64,000 nt of DNA, taken from assembly GCA_965213685.1 (NCBI GenBank), contig CBDBZY010000036.1, forward strand, positions 1 through 64,000, given 5' to 3'. Each line of letters starts with the position of its first letter. Within the stretch, counting starts at the first letter, position 1. Below the pieces are notes generated by a model. The model was not told where the DNA came from. It was given only the letters and a program-made list of their open reading frames with translations, and made no database searches. The position numbers and the translations under genes are program-made. This stretch comes from a bacterium. GTDB taxonomy: Bacteria > UBA8248. Shown in pieces: positions 35,693 to 44,992 of this stretch.

Positions 35693-36868
35693 CTACAAAA
35701 AACGCATGGAGCGAACGCGCATGGCCTGGTTCGTTCCGTCGGAGTGCAAAAAGCTGGTCACGTCTCTCAGATATTTTTCCATCGGCGCGTCCGTCATGTA
35801 GCCGGTGCCGCCCCACACCTCCAACGCGCGCGTGGCCACCCGGTAGGATGACTCGGACACGAAGCATTTGGTCATAAAACCCATCTTGGGGTCATACAGG
35901 CCTGGCTGATCCGCCGTCCAGGCGGCATAGTGGAGCAACCGCCTGCTCGCTTCGTATTCGGCGAAGCAATCCGCGAGCATGAAGCCGACCGCCTGATGCT
36001 CGATAATCGGCCTGCCCCCCTGAATGCGGCTTCGCGCGTGGGCGAGGGCGTCCTCATAGGCCGCCCGGGCGGTGCCGAGAACCGTTGCGGCGGCCTCTAT
36101 GTTCGAGCCCGGAACGAAGTTGCGCCGCGCCGCCATGGCGTGGTTGACCTCGGTGATGCGATTTTCATCCGGCACCCTGCAATTCTCAAAAATCAGCTCC
36201 GCGTTCAGGGAGAGCCGCTGTCCCAGCTTGTCGTGAATCTTGCCGTAGCGAAAACCCTCCATGTCGGGCGTGATGAGGAAATACGTCAGCCCCTCGGACA
36301 CGCCCCTCGTCTCGTCCGTCCTCATGGCGACGATGCACAGCTTGGCGATTCCGCCGTTGCTGATATATCTCTTCTTCCCGTTCGCGATCCAACCCTCGCC
36401 GTCGCGAACCGCGCGCGTCCGGACGCCCGCGTCCGGGCTGTCATAGGGGATGATGTTGTCCGATCCGCCCGTTTCCTCCGTCATGCCCACGGCCAGATGA
36501 AAATGGTGGTCTTCCAGGAAAGATTTCAGGTAGCGCTCCCTTTGTCCCTCACTCGTCAGCCGCTCAAAGAGGTGGGTGATCTTCCACGTCTGGTCGAATG
36601 TGACGGCCGTGCCCAAATCGCCCCAGGCGATCTCCTCGCCCGCGATGCACAGGGAGAGGACGTCGCAGCCGCCGCCCCCCATCTCCTTGGGCAACGCGAG
36701 GGTTCTCAGGCCGAGCTTGCTCCCCTTCTCCAGAACGTCCCACGGGAAACGCTTCATGGGGTCGGGTTCTTTGTCCAGGGCCGCTGCGACGGGGCGAATC
36801 TCTTTCTCCGCGAAGTCGTGCGCCGTCTTTTGCAGTTTTTCCTGCTCGGGGGTGAGTGCGAAGTCCAT
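35693..36868 (-). CDS. Acyl-CoA dehydrogenase family protein
   Basis: MDFALTPEQ, MTEETGGSD, NGKKRYISNG, KLGQR, R.QGG.PI..HQ, GGTGY, DGTNQ. Confidence 0.9.
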   Translation of the reverse strand: MDFALTPEQEKLQKTAHDFAEKEIRPVAAALDKEPDPMKRFPWDVLEKGSKLGLRTLALPKEMGGGGCDVLSLCIAGEEIAWGDLGTAVTFDQTWKITHLFERLTSEGQRERYLKSFLEDHHFHLAVGMTEETGGSDNIIPYDSPDAGVRTRAVRDGEGWIANGKKRYISNGGIAKLCIVAMRTDETRGVSEGLTYFLITPDMEGFRYGKIHDKLGQRLSLNAELIFENCRVPDENRITEVNHAMAARRNFVPGSNIEAAATVLGTARAAYEDALAHARSRIQGGRPIIEHQAVGFMLADCFAEYEASRRLLHYAAWTADQPGLYDPKMGFMTKCFVSESSYRVATRALEVWGGTGYMTDAPMEKYLRDVTSFLHSDGTNQAMRVRSMRFL

Positions 36869-37194
36869 TTTTCTCGCCCTTTGCTTTGCGCGGAGCCATC
36901 CACCGGCCAGCAGAAAGCGACCGGAAGAATCACCGCGATAGGGATACAGTTGCCGGCAGCGTTTCGCTTTGTCTCTGATCTTATCTTTTCGCTCTTTCCT
37001 CCGCAATCGCGCACAGGGGGCGCGTCGCCGCCTTCCCGCGCCTCCCGAATCCGGGCCGCCTGGCGCATCGCCATCTTCCCGCCGGTGAACGCGGCGAACC
37101 TGGATATGCGGGCGAAGCGAAAGAAACTCCCCGAAACCTCTGCGTGGAAGGACGATGGCGGCTTTGAAGTGAAATTTCTCGGCGCCGACGCGCT

Positions 37195-37911
37195 TCAGTC
37201 GTGGTAAATCGCCACCGCGCGCACGGGAGAGCCGGTGCCTTCGCGTATCTTGAGCGGCAGGCACGAAAAGATGAACTTCGTGTTCGCCACTTTCTGGAGG
37301 TTCGCCAGATTTTCCACGTTCAGGACTTTTCGCTCCCGGCACGCCTTATGCGCCCAATAGCCCTTGTCCTGGAACGCTTGCGAGGAATCGACGCTGGGCG
37401 AATCGATGCCGACGTTGACGCAGCCCCTGTCGGCCAGCCACGTCATGGCCGCTTCGCTCAGCCCCGGATACTTGTGGAGCCAGACGTGGTAATCGCCCCC
37501 GTAGTTCGCTTCGTAGTGCCCCGTCCATATGAGAACGCTCCCCCGGTCCGGGACTTGCAAGGCCGCCCTCTCGCACGCCTCCTCCAAATCGGAGGGCTGC
37601 ATCCATTCCTCCGTGTCGCAGAACCTGGACAAGTCCAGGCAAATCGCTTCCGTGTAGAACCACTCCAGCCCCAGCCGGTCGATGGTCTCGCCGTTCTTGT
37701 CGATATGGAAAAAGGCGTCCACATGGGTGGGGCCGTGGTCGCTCATGACGAGGCAGTTCGTCGTCGACGTGTGGCCGGATGGAGATTGGGCATAGGCCCT
37801 GGCCGTTTCGGCGTGTGTTTTGTTCGGGAAGACGCCCGTCCTCTGATGGCCGGGATAAACGGGCATTCCATTAAAAATCTCTTGCGACAGATCTACCAGT
37901 CGAAACCCCAT
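37195..37911 (-). CDS. Cyclase family metal-dependent hydrolase (KynB-like)
   Basis: VDLSQ, HGPTHVDAFFH, GIDSPS, ENLANL, GTGSPVRAVA. Confidence 0.88.
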   Translation of the reverse strand: MGFRLVDLSQEIFNGMPVYPGHQRTGVFPNKTHAETARAYAQSPSGHTSTTNCLVMSDHGPTHVDAFFHIDKNGETIDRLGLEWFYTEAICLDLSRFCDTEEWMQPSDLEEACERAALQVPDRGSVLIWTGHYEANYGGDYHVWLHKYPGLSEAAMTWLADRGCVNVGIDSPSVDSSQAFQDKGYWAHKACRERKVLNVENLANLQKVANTKFIFSCLPLKIREGTGSPVRAVAIYHD

Positions 37912-37982
37912 GTCAAGATTCTCCAGTCGTCATTCTGGTGATGCGGCGAAAAAGGCGCGTGCGCCCTCGGCGGTCATTTTAT

Positions 37983-38759
37983 TTATCCGCTGTTTTCGGT
38001 TTCCCACATACGCCATTTCAGGATCGTGGCGCCAAACGCGACGATGAGCAGCGCACTGGCGAGATGGGCGGCGCGAACCGGCCCGAGCCAGAGGCTATCC
38101 GCGCGGAAGCCGCTCACCGCGGCGCGGCCGAGCGAGTATAGAACAAAATAGAGGCAAAATATAAACCCGGGCTTGTGCTGCGTCAGCCGCAGCCTTCGCA
38201 GGATGAAAAACCAGGAGAGGTTCAACAGCAGCTCGTATATCATCACCGGGTGCGTCGCCTGCCCGGGAAACTGCCTGCCCGCGATGGCGTCCGCCGGAAA
38301 TTCGACCCCCCACGGCATCGTTGTCGGCACGCCGTGGGCGTCGCCGTTCATGAAATTTCCGAATCGCCCAAATACCTGGCCCAGCATGACGGCGGGCGCC
38401 ACCGCGTCGGCGAACTCCCACGTGGAAACCGGATGGCGCCTCAGGTAGATGTAGCCGGCCAGCACTCCCCCGATGAGGCCGCCGTGTATGGCGAGACCGC
38501 CCTTCCATACAGCGATGATTTCCCACGTGCCGCCGCTGTAAAACTTCCAGTTGAACAGGACGTAGTAGATTCTTCCGCCCAGGATGCCCGCGAACATGAC
38601 GATGAGGGCGAAGTTCATCACCTCGTCCGGGGTGATGGGCATCCTTTTCCGCGCCGCCTCCTTGCTCACCAGCCATGCGCCCGCCAGGACGGCGGCGACA
38701 TACATGAGTCCGTACCAGCGCAGCGCGAATGGCCCGATTTCAAATATGACGGGGCTCAA
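37983..38759 (-). CDS. lgt: Prolipoprotein diacylglyceryl transferase
   Basis: LRWYGLM, GGRIYY, GGLAIHGG, GRFGNFMNG, HPVMIYE; TTG start at 38759. Confidence 0.95.
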   Translation of the reverse strand: MSPVIFEIGPFALRWYGLMYVAAVLAGAWLVSKEAARKRMPITPDEVMNFALIVMFAGILGGRIYYVLFNWKFYSGGTWEIIAVWKGGLAIHGGLIGGVLAGYIYLRRHPVSTWEFADAVAPAVMLGQVFGRFGNFMNGDAHGVPTTMPWGVEFPADAIAGRQFPGQATHPVMIYELLLNLSWFFILRRLRLTQHKPGFIFCLYFVLYSLGRAAVSGFRADSLWLGPVRAAHLASALLIVAFGATILKWRMWETENSG

Positions 38760-38898
38760 ATGTCCGCTTCCTCGACAAGCGGGCGATGCGCGCGCGGCCC
38801 GCCTTTGTGGGGGGGAGGAACGGTTTCGCGCTTTCCAACCGAACGGGCAACCGAACGGGGAGAGGCGGAGGCTGGCCGGACGGGACGAATGCGGCCGC

Positions 38899-39993
38899 TC
38901 ATTTCGGATGACGGTAGATGTGGCTTTCGGGATAATAATCCTTCCAGCCGAACCAGAACGCGAGCGTGCTCGGAATCTGGCGCAGGCGCGCGCCCTTTCG
39001 CGCTCCCGCAACGGCGAGACCGGTGAGGCGCTGCCATCGCGAACCCGTTTTTTCGTCCCGCATGAACCGGCAGGCGGCGGCGCCTTTCGCGTCTCCGCTC
39101 CCGGCGAGCGCGAACCGGAGCGTCTCTCCTCCCAGGACGCGATCAAAAACAACGCCGGCTCCCGCCCCCTCGCAATAGGTGATCAGGATTTCCCGGCCGG
39201 CGAGACGATCGTTCACCACCCCGGCGCGGTGCAGGTCGGCAAACGGATACGCCTTGGCCGCCCTTTGTCCGCGCTCCTTCGGCGCGTCCAGGGCGAGGCC
39301 GACCACCAGGGCTTTGGGATGCAGCCGGTTGTCCCTGTATTTTTGGGGGAGCACGCCGGTTTGCGCACTGTAGTAATACCCCTCGTAGGGGTCTCGCGAG
39401 CCGCCGCGCAACATGACGCCTCCCCTGCCCCTGCCCTCTTTTTTCAGTACCAGGGTGTCGGGATAGAGCCGCTTCCATTCTGAATAGCGGAGCATGGCGG
39501 AGGGATGCGTCTGGAGGCGCTTGCCCTTCAATGGGCCAACGACAGCCTCGCCCGTGAGGTGGCTCCAAAGAGAATCCGTTTGCCGATCATACATGATGAG
39601 GGCGTTTTTCCAGAGTTTTCCGGAGACGCCGAAAGTGAGCTCCCTGCCCCCCAGGTTCCGGTCATACACGATGGCCGTATAGCAAAGGGGTCACCACGTC
39701 ACGGCGATGGCGCGCCCGCCCACGACATCGTTGACAATCTCATGGGAGCTGAGCAGGGGAACCGCATAGGCCCTCTTGTCCCCCTCGATATTGATGCCGA
39801 TGACCATTTCGCCCGGACGCATGAATTCCTCGGCTTCTTCCGCCTTGGCAAACGCTGGCGCATCGATGGAGGGTATGGCGTCTTTCGGCAGCAGGGTGCG
39901 AATTTCGTCTTCGGCGCCCGCCCCGCAAAGCGCGGGAAAAACCAGCGCGCCGGAAAAGCATAACGCAAAAAGCGCGGCTCTCGCTTGCGGCAT
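38899..39993 (-). CDS. DUF3179 family exported selenoprotein (364 aa; UGA at codon 101 read as Sec)
   Basis: ORFs 39691-39993 and 38899-39669 are in frame and separated only by one TGA: VTW-U-PLCYT, where DUF3179 has CPLC. Also DAIPSID, HEIVND, FGVSGKL, MYDRQTDSLW, FWFGW. Confidence 0.85.
39665..39681 (-). promoter_or_regulatory. Candidate bacterial SECIS hairpin
   Basis: UAUACG-GCCAU-CGUGUA stem-loop starting 10 nt after the UGA, with G first in the loop at +16. Confidence 0.55.
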
Positions 39994-40024
39994 GGGAAGG
40001 ATCTCCTCGGGCGGCTACAGCTTG

Positions 40025-41449
40025 CTAGCGGCGAAAACCGTGGAGCACCGCGAAGGTGGTCCGCTCGCCGCGGTCCGTTCCCCGGGCGATCCGCGCCAAA
40101 ACGTTCGCTCCCGCCGGGATTTTTTTCAGCAGTTGCTCGACGTCCTCGAGTTTTTTGATCTCCACGCGGATGGGCATCCTCCCGCCGGGGGGGCGATACG
40201 TCAATTCGCTTATCACCATGCCTTTGCGCAGGCCATCCGCAAAGGCGCGGCTGCCCATTCTCACGTCGTGGACATACACGCCGCTCTTGGCCCGCAGTTT
40301 GCTCTTCTTCCGCAACGCATCGGTCAGATTTTCCAGGTCCACCCCGTAATCCTTGTCCTCCTCCGGTGGATGGCTCTCGCTCCCGGGCGTCTGCTTTGCC
40401 GCCATCCCCCGATCAGGCAAGCGGGCCAGCTTGACGGAGAACCGTTTTCTTTGGGCGTTGCGCACTACCTCCACGGTCACGGCCTCTCCCGGTGCCGTCC
40501 AGCCCACGAGCCGCTGCAGGTGGGACGTATCCGCTATGTTCGCGCCGTTGAGGCGAACGATCACGTCTCCCGCCTGAATGCCCGCTCCCGCTGCCGGCCC
40601 GTCTTTCAGCAAAGAGCCCACCAACGCGCCCTTCGGCTTCTGGAGCCCCAGGAGGTAGGTCATGTCCGGACTCACCTGCTGTATGCTCACCCCCAGATAG
40701 CCGCGGGGAAAATTGCCGATTCGCCGCAAATACTTGATGACGTCTTTCGCCATGTTCACGGGAATGGCGAATCCGATGCCGCTGCCGGGCGAGGGGATCG
40801 CCGTGTTGATGCCGATGACGTCTCCCGCAATGTTGACCAGCGGTCCGCCGCTGTTGCCTCGGTTGATGGCTGCGTCCGTCTGGATGAAATACTCATATCG
40901 CGCCACGCCGACGCCGGTGCGCCCAATCCCGCTCACGACGCCCACCGTGAAGGTTCTCGCAATGCCAAAAGGGTCTCCGACCGCTATCGACCACTGGCCC
41001 ACCCGCACCTCGTCGGAGTCTCCTAGGGTGGCGGCGGGCAGCGGACGCTCCGGATGAATCCTGATGAGCGCAAGGTCTGTATATCGATCCGTGCCGATGA
41101 CCTTCGCCCAGTACACCGACTCGTCCGCAAGCCGGACGCGCAGCCTCCCCGCGTCGCTCACCACGTGGTTATTCGTCAGAATGTATCCTTTCGGGTCGAT
41201 GATGACGCCAGAGCCGGACGAATACCGGGGAATCTGGGGGTGGGGTGCTTTCGGCCCCTTTTGCGCGGGGTCTCCCTTTTTCTCCGAGCGTATGCTCACG
41301 ACGGTCGGTTTCACCCTGTCCGCTATGCGGGTGAATACCGTTTCGATTGTTCTCATCAAATCGAGACCGGATCCGGCACAGGCAGGCGCGGCGGCGAGGT
41401 GCGCGAAAAATACCAGAAACATCGACACAATGACGGCCCGATAAATCAT
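40025..41449 (-). CDS. DegP/HtrA (Do family) periplasmic serine protease with PDZ domains
   Basis: GSGVII, TNNHVV, DLAL, QTDAAINRGNSGGPL, IGINT, RGYLGV. Confidence 0.93.
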   Translation of the reverse strand: MIYRAVIVSMFLVFFAHLAAAPACAGSGLDLMRTIETVFTRIADRVKPTVVSIRSEKKGDPAQKGPKAPHPQIPRYSSGSGVIIDPKGYILTNNHVVSDAGRLRVRLADESVYWAKVIGTDRYTDLALIRIHPERPLPAATLGDSDEVRVGQWSIAVGDPFGIARTFTVGVVSGIGRTGVGVARYEYFIQTDAAINRGNSGGPLVNIAGDVIGINTAIPSPGSGIGFAIPVNMAKDVIKYLRRIGNFPRGYLGVSIQQVSPDMTYLLGLQKPKGALVGSLLKDGPAAGAGIQAGDVIVRLNGANIADTSHLQRLVGWTAPGEAVTVEVVRNAQRKRFSVKLARLPDRGMAAKQTPGSESHPPEEDKDYGVDLENLTDALRKKSKLRAKSGVYVHDVRMGSRAFADGLRKGMVISELTYRPPGGRMPIRVEIKKLEDVEQLLKKIPAGANVLARIARGTDRGERTTFAVLHGFRR

Positions 41450-41623
41450 CGTTCCCTCTCTGTTTGGCAGCGACAGCGGATATTTTCTCATCAGCGGCTA
41501 CGCCTGGAACCGGTAAAGAGCGCGCCGACGAAGGCGCTCCCGAAGAGATAGCCCAACCATTCCAGCGCGCATCATGGCATCAAATACCAGAGACGTTTTG
41601 TTCAACCATTTCAAAGATATACA

Positions 41624-42082
41624 TCATTTTATCTCAAGAATTACTTCCAGCTCCACGGGGGCTCCAAGCGGAAGCGCGGCCACCCCGACCGCCACCCGGG
41701 CGTGCCTTCCTTTTTCCCCGAAGACGTCAACGGCCAGATGGGATGCGCCGTTCATCACGAGCGCCTGATCCGTGAAATCTTCCGAGGAGGCCACGTAACC
41801 GGTCATCCGGACGATTCTCCTCACGCGCTCCAAATCGCCGAGGGCCGCCTTCGCCTGCGCCATGGCGTTCAGGAAGCAGACTGCGGCGCACTCCTGGGCC
41901 TGGGCCACGCTGACGGCACGGGAAACCTTTCCTTCATAAAGCAGTTTGGCGCCTCTGAGGGGGATTTGTCCGGAGATGAACATCAGCGATTGCGCCATGA
42001 CGCATGGAACGTACGCGCCCACAGGGGCGGGCGCCTCGGGCAACTCTATTCCCAGCGCATCCATTCGCTCGGAGACATTCAC
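41624..42082 (-). CDS. RidA (YjgF/YER057c) family protein
   Basis: P.PVGAYVP, ISGQIP, NGAS, GRHARVAVGV..LPLGAPVE; GTGA overlap with mobA. Confidence 0.9.
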   Translation of the reverse strand: MNVSERMDALGIELPEAPAPVGAYVPCVMAQSLMFISGQIPLRGAKLLYEGKVSRAVSVAQAQECAAVCFLNAMAQAKAALGDLERVRRIVRMTGYVASSEDFTDQALVMNGASHLAVDVFGEKGRHARVAVGVAALPLGAPVELEVILEIK

Positions 42083-42702
42083 CTCGCACCTCCCGCCGCG
42101 CGCCTCGCTTTCATCTTCCGGAATTCCTCCGGCGTGTTCGCGTTCAGGAAAGATGCGGCGTCGGGGTCCCACAACCTCCAGGTCGCCTCCTCCACCCTCC
42201 TGACGCGCACCTCAGAATGAAAGCCTATCATTTTCAGCGCGCCCCTTGAAATGGAGCGCGCAATGGGCGTTTTGCATTTTTTCCCGTAGAAAGCGCACAG
42301 CGGCTCCGGGCGCGCGTCTAGGACGGGAACGACCACATCCCAATCGTCCACCAGGGAGGCGATGCCGGATATGAGCGCGGACCGCAACAATGGCATGTCG
42401 CATCCCGTCACGAAAACATGGGAGGCGCTGGCGGTCGCCACGGCAGTGTACAGGCCGCCCAACGAGCCGTTTCCGGGATGGATGTCCGCGATCACGGAAA
42501 ACCCCAGTCGCTCATACGGCGCCTTCGCGTTGGCGATGACGAGAACCTCCGGAAACATCTTTTCCAGAACGTTCCCTACGCGCCGAATCATGGGAACCGC
42601 ATCTATCGGGAGCATGGATTTGTCTCGGCCCATTCGCCGGCTCTGGCCGCCCGCCAGGATGGCCGCGGAAAAGGGGAGTTTTTCCGCTGCGTCTCCGCTC
42701 AT
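42079..42702 (-). CDS. mobA: Molybdenum cofactor guanylyltransferase
   Basis: ILAGGQSRRMGRDK, GSLGGL, CDMP, EPLCAFY, FLNANTPEE. Confidence 0.92.
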   Translation of the reverse strand: MSGDAAEKLPFSAAILAGGQSRRMGRDKSMLPIDAVPMIRRVGNVLEKMFPEVLVIANAKAPYERLGFSVIADIHPGNGSLGGLYTAVATASASHVFVTGCDMPLLRSALISGIASLVDDWDVVVPVLDARPEPLCAFYGKKCKTPIARSISRGALKMIGFHSEVRVRRVEEATWRLWDPDAASFLNANTPEEFRKMKARRAAGGAR

Positions 42703-42748
42703 CCGAGAAATGCTCCAGAGATGCGAATCGCCAAGCCCGACGTCGAAT

Positions 42749-44029
42749 TTACGCTCCCGAACGCGCCCGCCCGGGGAGGAAACCCGTCCCGGGGACTTCC
42801 GCAGGCTCCCCGGCAGGCGCCTCGCCCAGCAAGATGGCCTGGACAAGGCTGCCGGCGGCGAGCGCCGTCTCAAACTCCGGGAATATGACCAGCCCGTTCG
42901 CCCGCACCATGGAATGCAATATGTTGGAGCCCTGCGCCTCGAGCGCCCGGGCCACCCATCCTTCCCGCGAACGATGGACGATGGAGCGCACATAGTGGCG
43001 TCTTTCGGGCGACTTGGCGAGCGGCGCGAGGAGGCGCGCCTCCACCGTGGGGCGGAACAACCTCTTCTGTCCCTGCATTTTTCGCAGCCCCGGCCGGACA
43101 AACAACTCGAAGCTCACCATCGTGGAAACGGGATTTCCCGGCAGGCCGAATACGGGCTTGCCGTTCAGCACCCCGAAAGCCATGGGCTTGCCCGGCTTCA
43201 TGCGGACCCGCCAGAACCGCATCTCGTTGCCGAGTTCGCCCAATGTGGATTTCACCAGGTCAAAATCCCCTACCGACACGCCGCCGCTCGTTATCATCAG
43301 GTCGGCGGCCAGCCCGTCGCTGATGCGCCGCTCCAGGTCCGCCGCGTTATCGCGGGCGATGCCCAGCAAAACGGGTTCGCCGCCCGCCTCGATCACCTGG
43401 GCGGCCAGGGCGTAGGAATTGGAGTTGAATATCTGGCCCACGCCGGGGTGTTCGCCCAGATCGACGAGCTCCTCTCCTGTCGCCAGAATCGCCACCCTTG
43501 GCTTTTGATATACCTGCGCGCTTGGCCGACCGATATTCGCCAGCATGCCGACCGAAGCCGGGCCGAGGACGGCCCCCGCCTCGAAGACCTTCTCGCCGGC
43601 CCGGACATCCTCGCCCGCCAGCCGGACCGCCTCTCCCTGTGGCGCCTCGAGAAAAATATGGACTGCATCGTCCGAGATTCTTTCCGTCTCCTCCACCAGC
43701 ACGACGGCGTCCGCCCCGGGGGGAATGGGCGCCCCGGTCATGATCTTGACAGCGTCTCCCGGGCCGACTTTTCGCGTTGCGACGACGCCGGCCTGAATCT
43801 CCTCTATGACCCTCAACTTCCTGGGCGCCTCGCGGGTCGCGCCCCTGACGTCTTCGGAGCGCAGGGCGTATCCATCCATCGCCGAATTGTTCCAGGGGGG
43901 AATGGGCCGCGGCGATTCCACGTCCTCGGCCAGCACCCTGCCCAGACAACTGCGCAAATCCACCTTTTCACGGCCCATCGGCTGAATCATCGCCAGTATG
44001 GATTTTTGAGCGTCCTCTACGCTAATCAT
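42749..44029 (-). CDS. moeA: Molybdopterin molybdotransferase
   Basis: SAMDGYA, IMTGAPIP.GADAV, TGEEL, SGGVSVGDFD, KPGKP, GLPGNPVS. Confidence 0.95.
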   Translation of the reverse strand: MISVEDAQKSILAMIQPMGREKVDLRSCLGRVLAEDVESPRPIPPWNNSAMDGYALRSEDVRGATREAPRKLRVIEEIQAGVVATRKVGPGDAVKIMTGAPIPPGADAVVLVEETERISDDAVHIFLEAPQGEAVRLAGEDVRAGEKVFEAGAVLGPASVGMLANIGRPSAQVYQKPRVAILATGEELVDLGEHPGVGQIFNSNSYALAAQVIEAGGEPVLLGIARDNAADLERRISDGLAADLMITSGGVSVGDFDLVKSTLGELGNEMRFWRVRMKPGKPMAFGVLNGKPVFGLPGNPVSTMVSFELFVRPGLRKMQGQKRLFRPTVEARLLAPLAKSPERRHYVRSIVHRSREGWVARALEAQGSNILHSMVRANGLVIFPEFETALAAGSLVQAILLGEAPAGEPAEVPGTGFLPGRARSGA

Positions 44030-44218
44030 CCATCACTCCAGAGGTTTATTGTGTATGCAAGGGTTTAATATGTTTATGTATGAAGACCGCCTCCCGCATC
44101 CGCGGGGAGGAGCCATTATAACCGACGCCGACGCAGGAACAAGCCGAACATCATCATGGCGGGGCGGTTCCGCGTCCCCGGATTTGCGGAGTTTCTGAAG
44201 ATTCATTAGAAAGACACT

Positions 44219-44662
44219 ATGGCCAAGGAGGAATTTCGATACAAAAGCGAGATGCGCGTCCGGTTTGGCGAAACAGACCTCCAGGGGGTCGTGTTCAACG
44301 CGAACTACCTTCTGTATGTGGACACCGCCCAGATGGATTATCTCCGCTTCATCGGCGTTCCATACCGGCGCATGCTCGAGTGCGGGCATGATATCGTCAT
44401 CGTGGACGCCTCGCTACAGTTCATCTCCCCGGCTTGCTTCGATGACGTCCTGGAAATCTACGCGCGCATCTCCGAAATCGGGAACTCCAGCATCAAAATG
44501 GATTTCGAGATCCATGAACGAGGAGCGGAGCGCCTAGTCGCGAAAGCGCGAACGGCGTACGTCCTCATCGAGAAAGAGACGAAAAGGCCCGTCCGGGTGC
44601 CGCCCTACATTCGCGACGCAGCGAGAAAATTTGAAGCGAGGCTGGATTTTGAGGCGACCTGA
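44219..44662 (+). CDS. YbgC/YbaW-type acyl-CoA thioesterase
   Basis: VRFGETDLQGVVFNANYL hot-dog-fold motif. Confidence 0.88.
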   Translation: MAKEEFRYKSEMRVRFGETDLQGVVFNANYLLYVDTAQMDYLRFIGVPYRRMLECGHDIVIVDASLQFISPACFDDVLEIYARISEIGNSSIKMDFEIHERGAERLVAKARTAYVLIEKETKRPVRVPPYIRDAARKFEARLDFEAT

Positions 44663-44992
44663 GCCTCCAGGCTCCGCGCCCGGCCGCGCGAAGAGTCTCG
44701 ACAGCCGCCGCACAGCCGTCCCGGCCGGAGGCGGGAGAAATTAGATTCTTGCCTCTCGCGTCGCTTTCGTGGTAGATTCGGAGAAACGCCAACCAGCGAA
44801 CGCAAGAAAAAACCGGAGCGGGACAACAACAGCCCTTTTAAATGGCTGATGCATTCCGATGATGGAAAATATGTTTCCCGCGTATCCGGGTTGGGTGAAG
44901 TCGCGGTTTCCTATCACCGAGAGAGGTGAAGCCATCGCTTGCGCCGTGGCCGCTGCGGCGTTCCGTCTCACAAAGGAGAAGGAGGGAATATA

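Noticed and set aside
36900-37194. Possible small gene or RNA between the cyclase and ACAD genes
   Set aside because: No convincing ORF; only a weak bulged inverted repeat (CGCCATC...GATGGCG)
44030-44218. Possible Moco RNA motif upstream of moeA
   Set aside because: One hairpin in an AT-rich divergent promoter region; consensus elements not found on the moeA strand
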